This document shows, piece by piece, positions 50,938 through 64,000 of a stretch of DNA of 64,000 nucleotides. Each line of letters begins with the position of its first letter. Position 1 is the first letter of the stretch. The notes below the pieces were generated by a model that made no database searches, was not told where the DNA came from, and saw only the letters and a list, made by a program, of their open reading frames with translations. A program made the position numbers and the translations under genes. The DNA is from Eledone cirrhosa (lineage: Eukaryota): NCBI GenBank assembly GCA_964016885.1, contig OZ024741.1, forward strand, positions 324,074,001-324,138,000, written 5' to 3'.

Positions 50938-51822
50938 AGAAAACGAAAAATTAGTGATGCATCTGGACTTAGTTTATTTCGTGTTACAAATGTTTGGCCG
51001 GCATGTAGCTCGAGTCATGGTCCTTGTATGGATCTGGCTGATTCTACTTCTGCGGGTTCTTTCAGATACGGGTGTTATATCCGGAGCAAATTTTAGCACT
51101 GGGGTGTTATCATTAAAAAAAACCCTCAAAAAACCCTATTTCCACTCTTGACATGTCATTGGCTGTTTTTGCTCCACGTCATCACAAGCTCTGGTCAGTA
51201 TCTGCTGCCACACGGTTCATCAACCATTTTACGTCCGACACATTTCAATGGAGTCATGCTGGGTTCAGTGCTTCACCCGTCTGCTCACACTTCAGAGTAA
51301 GCACCCACACATACTAAAATACACACATAACAACACACACACATGCAGACACATACCCATCTATGCATACACACACGTACGCCTAAATGCGCAGACACCT
51401 CCACCCCCACATACATACATCGAAGTATATATACTCACACACCGTCTCTCCCTCACTTACACGGACCCATTCACACCCACTTGTTGATACATACCGCCAC
51501 GAGCCTTCTGACGGCTGTTTACTTCGCGCTCTGTATCAATTGGGATAAGAATATCCTACTCAAACATACACATAAATACATACATACGCGCGCACGTATA
51601 CATACGCCCAACCTTCTATACATTTAAATATATATCTATATATCTATATATATATATACACACACTCATACACACACATATATACATACACTTTTCTTCG
51701 GGGTTATAAGAGGCTTAGCTCTGTTTCTCGACCGTTATATCGCGTGACTATCTCCCCCTCCGCCTTTTGGGATTCTTTCTCACGTCGTGTAGACGCGTTC
51801 TTGAAGCTAGTAAAATGAGGTA

Positions 51823-51912
51823 TCCTCTTGATAAGTCGGCAGACCTCGCAGAGACTCTATATCTTTATGATGTATTGTTTTTGTTTATGCCACGAAACTA
51901 CGTAGTCTAGGA
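51823..51912 (+). ncRNA. Type I hammerhead motif, U3-A8 core, enlarged loop II (copy 1)
   Basis: tcctc TTGATAA GTcGGCA..~45 nt..TGCCAC GAA ACTACGTAGT C tagga. Confidence 0.65.
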
Positions 51913-52415
51913 ATCTAGGAGCAGTTTAGGTATGATACATTTTATTACTAATTATATCTAAATGTTTCTTCTCTCTTCATAATGTATTTTTAACTCTAAT
52001 ACTGGTTCAGTCTAATTCAACCGGATTGGTCTGTCCCAGTCATTCATTGAGCAACATCGGTAAGGTTCGCACCATTAACTCACGGTTGGGTGTGGATGCA
52101 TTCATGTATATGTGTGTGTCCGCATGTATCTGTGTGATTCTAAATATATTGTTCATAACTCCCTCTGGTCGAGTAATCTTTGAAGTGTGGTGACATCTGG
52201 AAAGCTGCCATTACTCATACTTCTCTCCCCCTTCACCACCTCTTCTACGGCTTCGATATAAGTACCCCCTCCGCCTCCGTGGTATTTTCTTCGGGGTTAT
52301 AAGAGGCTTAGCTCTGTTTCTCGACCGTTATATCGCGTGACTATCTCCCCCTCCGCCTTTTGGGATTCTTTCTCACGTCGTGTAGACGCGTTCTTGAAGC
52401 TAGTAAAATGAGGTA

Positions 52416-52505
52416 TCCTGTTGATAAGTCGGCAGACCTCGCAGAGACTCTATATCTTTATGACGTATTGTTTTTGTTTATGCCACGAAACTACGTAGTC
52501 GAGGA
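52416..52505 (+). ncRNA. Type I hammerhead motif, U3-A8 core, enlarged loop II (copy 2)
   Basis: tcctg TTGATAA GTcGGCA..TGCCAC GAA ACTACGTAGT C gagga. Confidence 0.65.
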
Positions 52506-52695
52506 ATCTAGGAGCAGTTTAGGGATGATACATTTTATTACTAATTATATCTAAATGTTTCTTCTCTCTTCATAATATATATATATATATATATATATTT
52601 ATTTATCATAATTATAACAGAAAACAAAAACAAAGCGAAGAGTGCAGTACACAGTGTTAGTATTAGGTTCACGCTTGAGAGTGGGGGTGGGGGAC

Positions 52696-52724
52696 GACGT
52701 TTCAGGCATAAGCCCTTCATCGGG
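52696..52724 (-). ncRNA. Degenerate minimal hammerhead motif of the Penelope type
   Basis: On -: CCGATGA a GGGC-ttat-GCCT GAA ACGT C; U4C change and no intact stem I. Confidence 0.45.
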
Positions 52725-52776
52725 AGAAAAGTGGGCAGCAAAAGAGTTCCGAGGGTGTGAAGGGGAGTGGGGGAGA

Positions 52777-52834
<58 letters not shown>

Positions 52835-52950
52835 AAAGTTCTATTTAAAATTGTTGGGATACAACAAGTAAATATTTTTATAACTGATATAAAGCACTCG
52901 ACAAGTATTTGGAGCAGATATACGATATTAATAACGTATATATATATATA

Positions 52951-54686
52951 TATGAAAAAGTTTGTCCTTCATCAGTGGTCTTCCAACCGTCATAGGCATT
53001 TCATCGCTTTAAAGACCATATACCTCAGGTTGGTGCGAGCAACGGCTAAAAAAAGTAGTTGGGACACGTAAATAAAGGGGACGCTAGGGTAAACAAACAA
53101 AATGGTTTAAGCAACAGAAAGTGATGAAGAAAGAGACAAGTCCCAGATTTCTATAAATATAAATTCGGTGAAATCGTGAACGAGAGAATAAAGACAATCA
53201 AACCTGGTTGAAATGTGAGCAAGGAAGGAATTTCGCACAGGTCTAGCGGGAGGAAGAATGGGTCTGGTCTGCGAATTCGTTAAACATAAGTTCTGTGAAA
53301 TCGCAGACGAGAGAGAGAGAGAGAAAAAAAATTCATACCAGCTCAGCCAACAGCGCGCGAGAAAATAATTACGGACAGGTCAAACGGGAAGAAAGAGAAG
53401 GAGGAGAGGTAGTGACAGAGAATGAGTGAGTGAAGGGTGAGGAAGAGGCTAACAGAGAGAGAGAGACTGCTAGAAAGGGTAAAGATACAAAGAACGAAAC
53501 AGAAGGTAGCAGCAGAGGAAAAAATATATGTGTAAATATGATAATAATGGAGCTGCGGCGTTGCAAATGGGTTACATATAAAAAATGTTGTCCTTCATCA
53601 GTGGTCTTCCAACCGTCATAGGCATTTCATCGCTTTAAAGACCATGTACCTCAGGTTGGTGCGAGCAACGGCTAAAAAAAGTCGTTGGGACACGTAAATA
53701 AAGGGGACGCTAGGGTAAACAAACAAAATGGTTTAAGCAACAGAAAGTGATGAAGAAAGAGACAAGTCCCAGATTTCTATGAATATAAATTCGGTGAAAT
53801 CGTGAACGAGAGAATAAAGACCATCAAACCTGGTTGAAATGTGAGCAAGGAAGGAATTTCGCACAGGTCTAACGGGAGGAAGAAGGGGTCTGGTCTGCGA
53901 ATTCGGTAAACATAAGTTCTGTGAAATCGCAGACGAGAGAGAGAGAGAGAGAGAAAAAAATTCATACCAGCTTGACCAAGAGGGCGCGAAAAAACAATTA
54001 CGGACACGTCAAACGGGAAGAAAGAGAAGGAGAAGAGGTAGTGACAGAGAGTGAGTGAGTGAAGGGTGAGGAAGAGGCTAACAGAGAGAGAGACTGCTAG
54101 AAAGGGTAAAGATACAAATAACGAAACAGAAGGGTAGCAGCAGAGGAAAAAATATGTGTAAATAGGATAATAATGGAGCTGCGGCGTTGCAAATGGGTTA
54201 CATATGAAAAAGTTTGTCCTTCATCAGTGGTCTTCCAACCGTCATAGGCATTTCATCGCTTTAAAGACCATATACCTCAGGTTGGTGCGAGCAACGGCTA
54301 AAAAAAGTCGTTGGGACACGTAAATAAAGGGGACGCTAGGGTAAACAAACAAAATGGTTTAAGCAACAGAAAGTGATGAAGAAAGAGACAAGTCCCAGAT
54401 TTCTTTGACCTGTCCGTAATTCTTTTCTCGCGCACTCTTGGCCAAGCTGGTATGAATTTTTTTTTCTCTCTCTCTCTCTCGTCTGCGATTTCACAGAACT
54501 TATGTTTACCGAATTCGCAGACCAGACCCCTTCTTCCTCCCGTTAGACCTGTGCGAAATTCCTTCCTTGCTCACATTTCAACCAGGTTTGATGGTCTTTA
54601 TTCTCTCGTTCATGATTTCACCGAATTTATATTCATAGAAATCTGGGACTTGTCTCTTTCTTCATCACTTTCTGTTGCTTAAACCA
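52951..54686. repeat. 626-bp tandem repeat (2.3 copies) ending in an inverted 280-bp partial unit (54405-54686)
   Basis: gtccttcatcagtggtc at 52964, 53590 and 54216; 54405-54686 is the reverse complement of ~53730-54010. Confidence 0.9.
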
Positions 54687-57600
54687 AAAAAACAACCTAT
54701 AAGACTTTATATGCATGTTAATACACACATATGCATTTGTATAGAGATAATCAAATATCAATATATTACTAAAGGATTATAATTTGTAAATATAAGCATA
54801 ACAATACAAGTTTAAAATACCAAAGGAATATATTTTTGAAATGTAACTATATCAGTATATTCAAAAGAAATCTAGAAATATCAAAGCATTAAATATCTTT
54901 AAAACACTATAGAGTATCTTAAGTTAAAATAATATGTTTTATATATTTAGTATAGAAATTTATCCTACGTATATCTCAATCAAGATATTGAAAGGGTAGA
55001 CTTATGAAAGTTATTAGAAGCTATCAAAATCAAAACAAATAAATAAAAATAATTTAAAAGATTTAAAAAACCCAATGACTCTACAGATAACCTTATATTT
55101 AGTATAGAAATTTATCTTACGTATATTTTATTTAATACATTGGAAGTATAGACATTTTAGAGTAGTTTATTATATCCATGTTTATATTTAGGAAGAAAGT
55201 TTAAAAAGAAAAAGGTGAAGGAATCTAATGATTTATCGACAGGTTTCATATATTAACTAAATTACTTAATTAATTATACTACATTTTAAATTTATATTTA
55301 TATTTAAACGTTGAGTTCAACCTATGTCTGCAGCAACTGAATAAATTGTTCCTTAGATTAAGGGAATTTTTGGACTTTAATATAAAGAATATTTCTTCAA
55401 TACAAAGATCACAATTTTCTGAATAGGAATTAAAAGGAGTAGCTTATGAAATAATATTCCAATTCATCGAATATTTAATATTATCTCGTTTTAGGTCCCA
55501 TAGTAGGCTAGATAGCGAAGTTGAAGATTTTTTGTTTGGATCTGTGAAAGAATTCTTATGATTATTGAAGCGAAATTTAAATTCTGTAGAGGTGGAACCA
55601 ACATAGTTAAATGAATTTAAATTAGTTTTAACATTACAATTGTACACTACATTTTTAGCTAAGCAGTTGTTATTTAACGGACAGTTAGATTTATTTCTAC
55701 AGTTACAGTCATTTAATTGAATATTGTTTGGGTTATTATTGGCCTGGGAAAACTTAGCAAAAATATTCTAGACATGGTAATACAACAAATTATAAACTTA
55801 CCTAATTTATCTAACTTAAAATTATGGAAAGGGACTAGTGAGGTTATTGATTGGTTTAAAGAAATTAAATATAACTATAATAATAAGTTTATTCAGCTGG
55901 ATATTGCTAACTACTATTCATCTATCACTCCTAATCTACTGAATAAGGCACTAAATTACGCATTTAAACATACTGACCTAACTAGCAATGAAATGCACAT
56001 TATATTATCTGCAAGGAAAACATTGATAGAATTTAATAACCAACTCTGGACTAGGGCAGATAGAAATAATAATTTCGACATAACTATGGGATCATCAGAC
56101 TCAGCTCAGGTAACGGACCTTGTGGGCCTATTTATAATTAATTCGCTACATAGAAAAATACCAGGTGTAACCGGAGGATTATATCGTGATGACATGCTTT
56201 TACTTATAGAAAATAATAGCTGTGAACTAAATAGAAAAAGAAAACAAATTATACAATTTTTTAATTACCTTAATCTAAAAATAGAAATAAAGAATAACCA
56301 TAGAATAGTCAATTTTCTTGATGTAACACTAAATCTCAACACATGTCTTAATTATCCATTTCACAAACTAAATGAGAACTTGAATTATGTCAACTTTAAC
56401 TCTAATCACCCCAGATCTGTTAAAAATACTATATTGAACTCTGTTCAAGAACGAATTTCAAGAATTTCATCTAATAAAAATATATTTGATGAAAAAGCGG
56501 AGTATTACAACGAAGCGTTAGGAAAGCTGGATATAGAAATAAAATTAAATACATCGATAATAATAATAATAAGCAAACTAACCAAAATAATAACAATTTC
56601 AATTACGGTAACAACTTTAACAACTATAATAGAAAACATTACAATAATTCCAAAAGCCGAAAAAGAAATAGAACTAGAAATATATTATGGTTTGCTCCCC
56701 CTTTCTCACTAAATATTAAAACCCCTATTGCCAAACTATTTTTTAATGCTCTTGACAAACGCTTCCCTAGAACACATAAATATTACTCAATTTTTAATAG
56801 ACACACTATAAAATTAACTTACTCGTCCACCAAAAATTTAGCACAAAACATTAATAGAATTAATAATAGGAATTTAAAACCTAACCAAAATACCAATAAT
56901 AACCCAAACAATATTCAATTAAATGACTGTAACTGTAGAAATAAATCTAACTGTCCGTTAAATAACAACTGCTTAGCTAAAAATGTAGTGTACAATTGTA
57001 ATGTTAAAACTAATTTAAATTCATTTAACTATGTTGGTTCCACCTCTACAGAATTTAAATTTCGCTTCAATAATCATAAGAATTCTTTCACAGATCCAAA
57101 CAAAAAATCTTCAACTTCGCTATCTAGCCTACTATGGGACCTAAAACGAGATAATATTAAATATTCGATGAATTGGAATATTATTTCATAAGCTACTCCT
57201 TTTAATTCCTATTCAGAAAATTGTGATCTTTGTATTGAAGAAATATTCTTTATATTAAAGTCCAAAAATTCCCTTAATCAAAAAAAGACATAGGTTGAAC
57301 TCAACGTTTAAATATAAATATAAATTTAAAATGTAGTATAATTAATTAAGTAATTTAGTTAATATATGAAACCTGTCGATAAATCATTAGATTCCTTCAC
57401 CTTTTTCTTTTTAAACTTTCTTCCTAAATATAAACATGGATATAATAAACTACTCTAAAATGTCTATACTTCCAATGTATTAAATAAAATATACGTAAGA
57501 TAAATTTCTATACTAAATATAAGGTTATCTGTAGAGTCATTGGGTTTTTTAAATCTTTTAAATTATTTTTATTTATTTGTTTTGATTCTGATAGCTTCTA

Positions 57601-57928
57601 ATAACTTTCATAAGTCTACCCTTTCAATATCTTGATTGAGATATACGTAGGATAAATTTCTATACTAAATATATAAAACATATTATTTTAACTTAAGATA
57701 CTCTATAGTGTTTTAAAGATATTTAATGCTTTGATATTTCTAGATTTCTTTTGAATATACTAATATAGTTGCATTTCCAAAATATATTCTTTTGGTATTT
57801 TAAACTTGTATTGTTATGCTTATATTTACAAATTATAATCCTTTAGTAATATATTGATATTTGATTATCTCTATACAAATGCATATGTGTGTATTAACAT
57901 GCATATAAAGTCTTATAGGTTTTTTTTT
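54686..57928 (+). mobile_element. 5'-truncated Penelope-like element (probably Neptune clade) with its 3' ~1.05 kb duplicated in inverted orientation at the 5' end
   Basis: 54686-55742 is the reverse complement of 56893-57928 (identical ORFs 55444- and 56988+); RT lies in the spacer. Confidence 0.92.
55743..57290 (+). pseudogene. Penelope RT + CNC..CPL..C linker + GIY-YIG endonuclease, frameshifted near 56525
   Basis: LDIANYYSSI, FDITMGSSD, GLYRDD, VNFLDVTLNL, SNHP, WFAPP, FNRHTIKLTYS, VVYNC..NYVGST..FKFRFNNH..SF and CDLCIEE. Confidence 0.9.
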
Positions 57929-58252
57929 GTGTTTTGTATATATGTCTGTATATATACATGAGCGATGCGGGAGGACGCACGCAAATATTTATTCATACAT
58001 ATGTATGTGTATATATGTATGTATATATATCTATGTGGGTGAGAGGTATGTTGCAGATATGCATAATATTAAATACATGAATGGTAATCGTATATATGAG
58101 GACATGAATATTAATCGTATATATTTATTTATATATACTGTGAACTTTTTATAACACAAGGAATGTATAGCAGTGATTATGAGAAATCATTTACGTTTTG
58201 TATGGCTATATTGTTGGCTTGAGTAAACATAATTTCTATTTTCAGGACGTGC

Positions 58253-58299
<47 letters not shown>

Positions 58300-59183
58300 T
58301 ATTTGTATGTCTTTGCATAAGATACTGACCTCTATACCAAGGGTATATTTTGAACGATTTAACTCAGATTTTGGTATATTGATCTCAAGTTTTTAAACTA
58401 AACATATAGTCATTATTGAACAATGTTTAATTTCTCATATTATATATCTATGTCCCATTCATGAATAATAAGCAAACTAACCAAAATAATAACAATTTCA
58501 ATTACGGTAACAACTTTAACAACTATAATAGAAAACATTACAATAATTCCTTATTATTCATTTCATATAAATTGTTAACTCAACTTAATATTACATGACG
58601 TAAAGTTATCATTGCCCCCCCCCCCTCTCTCTCTATATATAGTATTTCTCTTTCTTGAGTTTTTCTATCTGTATGATGACTTGATATTTCTCTGTTACTT
58701 TCCTTTGTTTTTCTTATTTCTTCCTTTTTTCTTTCTTTTTTATTTCCTCCTATCTTTATTTATCTCTTTCTTCTCTCCATACATTTCTCTCTCTCTCTCT
58801 CCGATATTTCTCCAGGTTTTCTTTCTCTCTCTCCGTCTTTTATTTCTTTCTCTCCGTCTTTCTCTAATTGTGCTTAACACTATGACTTATTAAAATAATA
58901 TAAACAAATCACTATCCAGACAGCCTCCAAAAGTAATGGTTGTATTTTAAAAAGGTACGTCAAAGCTATTTGTAAAACTGTTATATATTGTATTTTGTGT
59001 GATGAAGGCATACCATAATTTAATGTGGTATCCCTGAAATATGTATAATGAAATAAATATGGTTTTATAAATATAGTTTCCATTTATTAATATCGTATAT
59101 CTACTCCAAAAACTTGTCGAGTGCTTTATATCAGTTATAAAAATATTTACTTGTTGTATCCCAACAACTTTAAATAGAACTTT

Positions 59184-59527
<344 letters not shown>

Positions 59528-59709
59528 ATATGCATATATAATTTAATACATTAACAGAGAAAGCTTTAAGCGATACTCTGACCAACTCCATCTCACTCAA
59601 CAAACATTAGGATATACCTAAGTATTTGGGGTGCTAACTATACAGTATTCCGTGCATAGTTCGTTGTATTATTTTATATGAGACATATTTAAATAAATCC
59701 CTCTTTCCT

Positions 59710-59832
59710 TCCATACGATCGTTCCGTTATAAGATTTCTACAATTTGGGATAAATAATGTCCAGGTTATGTCGAAACTTGTATATAATCCATAGATATAC
59801 ACACAAGCGGGCCCTTATAACTCATCAGTGGA
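59710..59832 (-). ncRNA. Type I hammerhead motif with an 80-nt loop-II insert (A13G change)
   Basis: On -: TCCA CTGATGA GTTATAAG-(80 nt)-CTTATAAC GGA ACGATCGT A TGGA. Confidence 0.65.
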
Positions 59833-59844
59833 TGCCCATTCAAT

Positions 59845-59909
<65 letters not shown>

Positions 59910-59911
<2 letters not shown>

Positions 59912-61970
59912 GGAAAATGTATGACTCCGACGGCAGAGCTCAAGTCGTTTCGACGGCTACTTTTGGACTAAATTAGAATTTTTAGCGTGGTAAATAAATA
60001 GCCGAACTTTTCAAGGTGTAATTCCTTATATGGGAAGATTATAGTTGTCAAGAGGATTGGTCAAATTTCTTGTAAACACAATTAAGTCTATCATGGCTGT
60101 GGGTGGGAGGTGGGGGTGGCTGAACTTGCCTGTAGAATAATGAGGGAGTGGGTGGAGCCGGTCAAGGATTGTGTATGAAACTAGGCTAGAGGAAGTAGGC
60201 AAAATAGGATTCTGCAGAAAATAGAGAAGGGACGTTATAGAATAGGTAAATCAATTGAGATGAGAAGATAATAAATTAATAAGAGAAAAATATAGAAAAT
60301 ATAAAATTGGATAGTAAGTAGTGGTAACAAACTGTAGAGTCTAACAGCTACTATATTTAGTAGATGTTGCGTTTTCGGCCAATGCTATAGAATAGGTTAA
60401 TAAGTTGAGAATAGAAGATACTAAATAAATAAAAATTTTTGAAATTATAGAATTGGGTAGTAAAAAGTAATACAAAATCTTTGGGGTCTGAAACAGCTGC
60501 TATAATTAGTTGGTATTGCGTTGTCGGCTAATGGTATCTTTAATTTACTGGAGTGGGGGGTACTGAGGCTACAAAGGCCCGATGGGCTGCCTCGGGGTAG
60601 GCGAAAGGGGAAAAAGGAAAAGGAAGAGGATAGGGAGTGGAAGCAAGTGATAGAAAGAGACAAAGGGAAGAAGAAACACAAAGGAAAAGAAAAGAGGTAC
60701 ATCTACCTATGTAAGCTGAGGTTTCCCCTATCTTGTTCAGCAAGTGGGATGTTGCAGTGATTGTATACCCACCCAGGTCATTAGGGGTTTTGAGGGCGAG
60801 GTAAGTCCTACGCAATCGGTGTTTGCATTGAGTTACCAGTTCGTCTTTTTTGTTTATGAGTTGGTCCTTCGTAAATAGAATTTTTAATGTTTCCTCCAAG
60901 CATAAGTTACACGGAGGGCGTCCTCCCGTGTAGGAGTTAGCCCTGGACAGTAAGCTCCAAGTAAGATTTATGTTATGTTATTATCTTGGAGGTCCCAGAT
61001 GTGGCCCGAAAGTGTAGTGGCATGTCACCGGACCAGGTTCCGGAACGTATGTCGGTGTTGGTAGAGCCGGGTCTTAAAGTCACAAGCGGTTAATCCTATA
61101 TAAGCTTTGTTGGAGGTGTCCGTCCTCACGTTGCACTGGTATATCACGTTACGTTCTCGGCATCTGTTGTTGAGGGGCACGTAGATCTATCAGGGCAGTT
61201 ACACCTCCTGGCCGGCTTTCCACTAATGTCTAGGTTGTTTCTTCCATAGGGGTTGAGTTTTTTGTTGTTTGAGGAGGCGATGTTTTGTGCGAGGTTGGGT
61301 GTGGTGCTGTAGGAGAGTTTGATAGTGTTTTGTTGTTATGTTGTGGTAGCGATGTTGTGGTGGGAAGTGTTTTGCGAGGAGCATAAAGAAGATTTTTTCC
61401 GATAGGTTTTTCCACCTCGGCATTGTGGAGAGGGTTGAACCACGTTACGTGGCGTGAGCGGCGGCGTCGCCTGCTGGTTGCGCTAAGGGAAGCTGGATAA
61501 AAGGATATTTCCTCCCGGAAGACGCTTCGCTTGAGGGGCTGGTGTAGTGAGGCAAATGTTCGTCTCATTAACGGACAAACGAGATTAACGGAGGGAGATA
61601 TTTTTAACCAGGTTATTGGTGATGTTTCTAGGATGGTTAGAGTGGCGGTGGATGTAGTGCAGGTTGTCGTTTGGTTTCCTGTATGGGTAGTATAGATCAT
61701 TTTCGAGGTTGAGGGTAACGTCCAGGAAATTGACTCAGTGTACTCTGGTGCGTTATGGTCCATCTGGTTCCTTACTACAACTCCTTCGTTTTATATATAT
61801 ATATAACAAAGGAATTGAGGTAAGGAACCAGATGGACCATAACGCACCAGAGTACTCAAAACTTAGGGTAGTAGAGTGGGAAATAGGAAAAAGTATGACC
61901 CCGACGGCAGAGTACAGAATTAGCCGTCGAAACGGCTTGAGCTCTGCCGTCGGGGTCATACTTTTTCCTA
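59910..61970 (-). mobile_element. Second Penelope-like element (5'-truncated, decayed; coding region ~60810-61735) with rearranged hairpin termini
   Basis: VNFLDVTLNL, HSNHP, TWFNP, KHFPPQH, CRERNVIYQC..KAYIGLT..FKTR..QH and CNLCLEE; terminal motif aggaaaa.gtatgac.ccgacggcagag at 59911 and 61885-61968; (TA)n on both sides. Confidence 0.88.
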
Positions 61971-62129
61971 TATATATATATATATATATAAAATTAGAAT
62001 TTTATTTTCTTTCTCGATATATATTCGATATAACCCGTGTCTGTGTATTTATAATAAATAAAAATAACAATAACAAAAATAATAATAATGAAGTAATTCA
62101 TCAGCTTTTAAGGTACTATTGTGAAGCGG

Positions 62130-64000
<1,871 letters not shown>

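Larger units (their letters stand above)
51692..52576 (+). mobile_element. Non-coding LTR-like (retrozyme/pLTR-like) element: 292-bp direct repeats at 51692-51983 and 52285-52576
   Basis: Near-identical repeats offset by 593 bp, each containing a hammerhead motif; flanked by TA/CA microsatellites. Confidence 0.75.

Noticed and set aside
57330-57385. GAAACCTGTC in the Penelope 3' region as a hammerhead
   Set aside because: The 3' half fits, but no recognisable CUGANGA/UUGANAA core or stem I lies upstream; too decayed to call.
58225-58260. Splice-acceptor-like tttctattttcag followed by gtatgt (micro-exon)
   Set aside because: Expected by chance in AT-rich DNA; no supporting exon context.

Overview
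This is a repeat-saturated, AT-rich eukaryotic window with no confidently supportable host gene. The abundant tRNA-derived SINEs and microsatellites resemble a cephalopod (Octopus-like) genome, which is an inference. From about 5.1 to 24.4 kb there is a stack of non-LTR retrotransposons anchored in (ATT)n tracts: L1/Tx1-like APE-RT elements on + and R4/Dong-like RT-RLE elements on -. Elsewhere there are three mariner remnants, RTE, CRE-like and Gypsy-protease fragments, a decayed Rep/Pif1 Helitron within a head-to-tail array of Helitron termini (36.5-45 kb), a hAT MITE with a target-site duplication, three Penelope-like (RT + GIY-YIG) pieces and several minisatellites. The most unusual signal is a set of hammerhead-ribozyme motifs read directly from the sequence. 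They sit in long palindromes and in a 292-bp direct-repeat (retrozyme-like) element. Two unrelated families carry the compensatory U3-A8 core (UUGANAA), and two motifs have unusually large loop-II inserts. Coordinates were read by eye and boundaries are approximate; no database search or folding computation was run.
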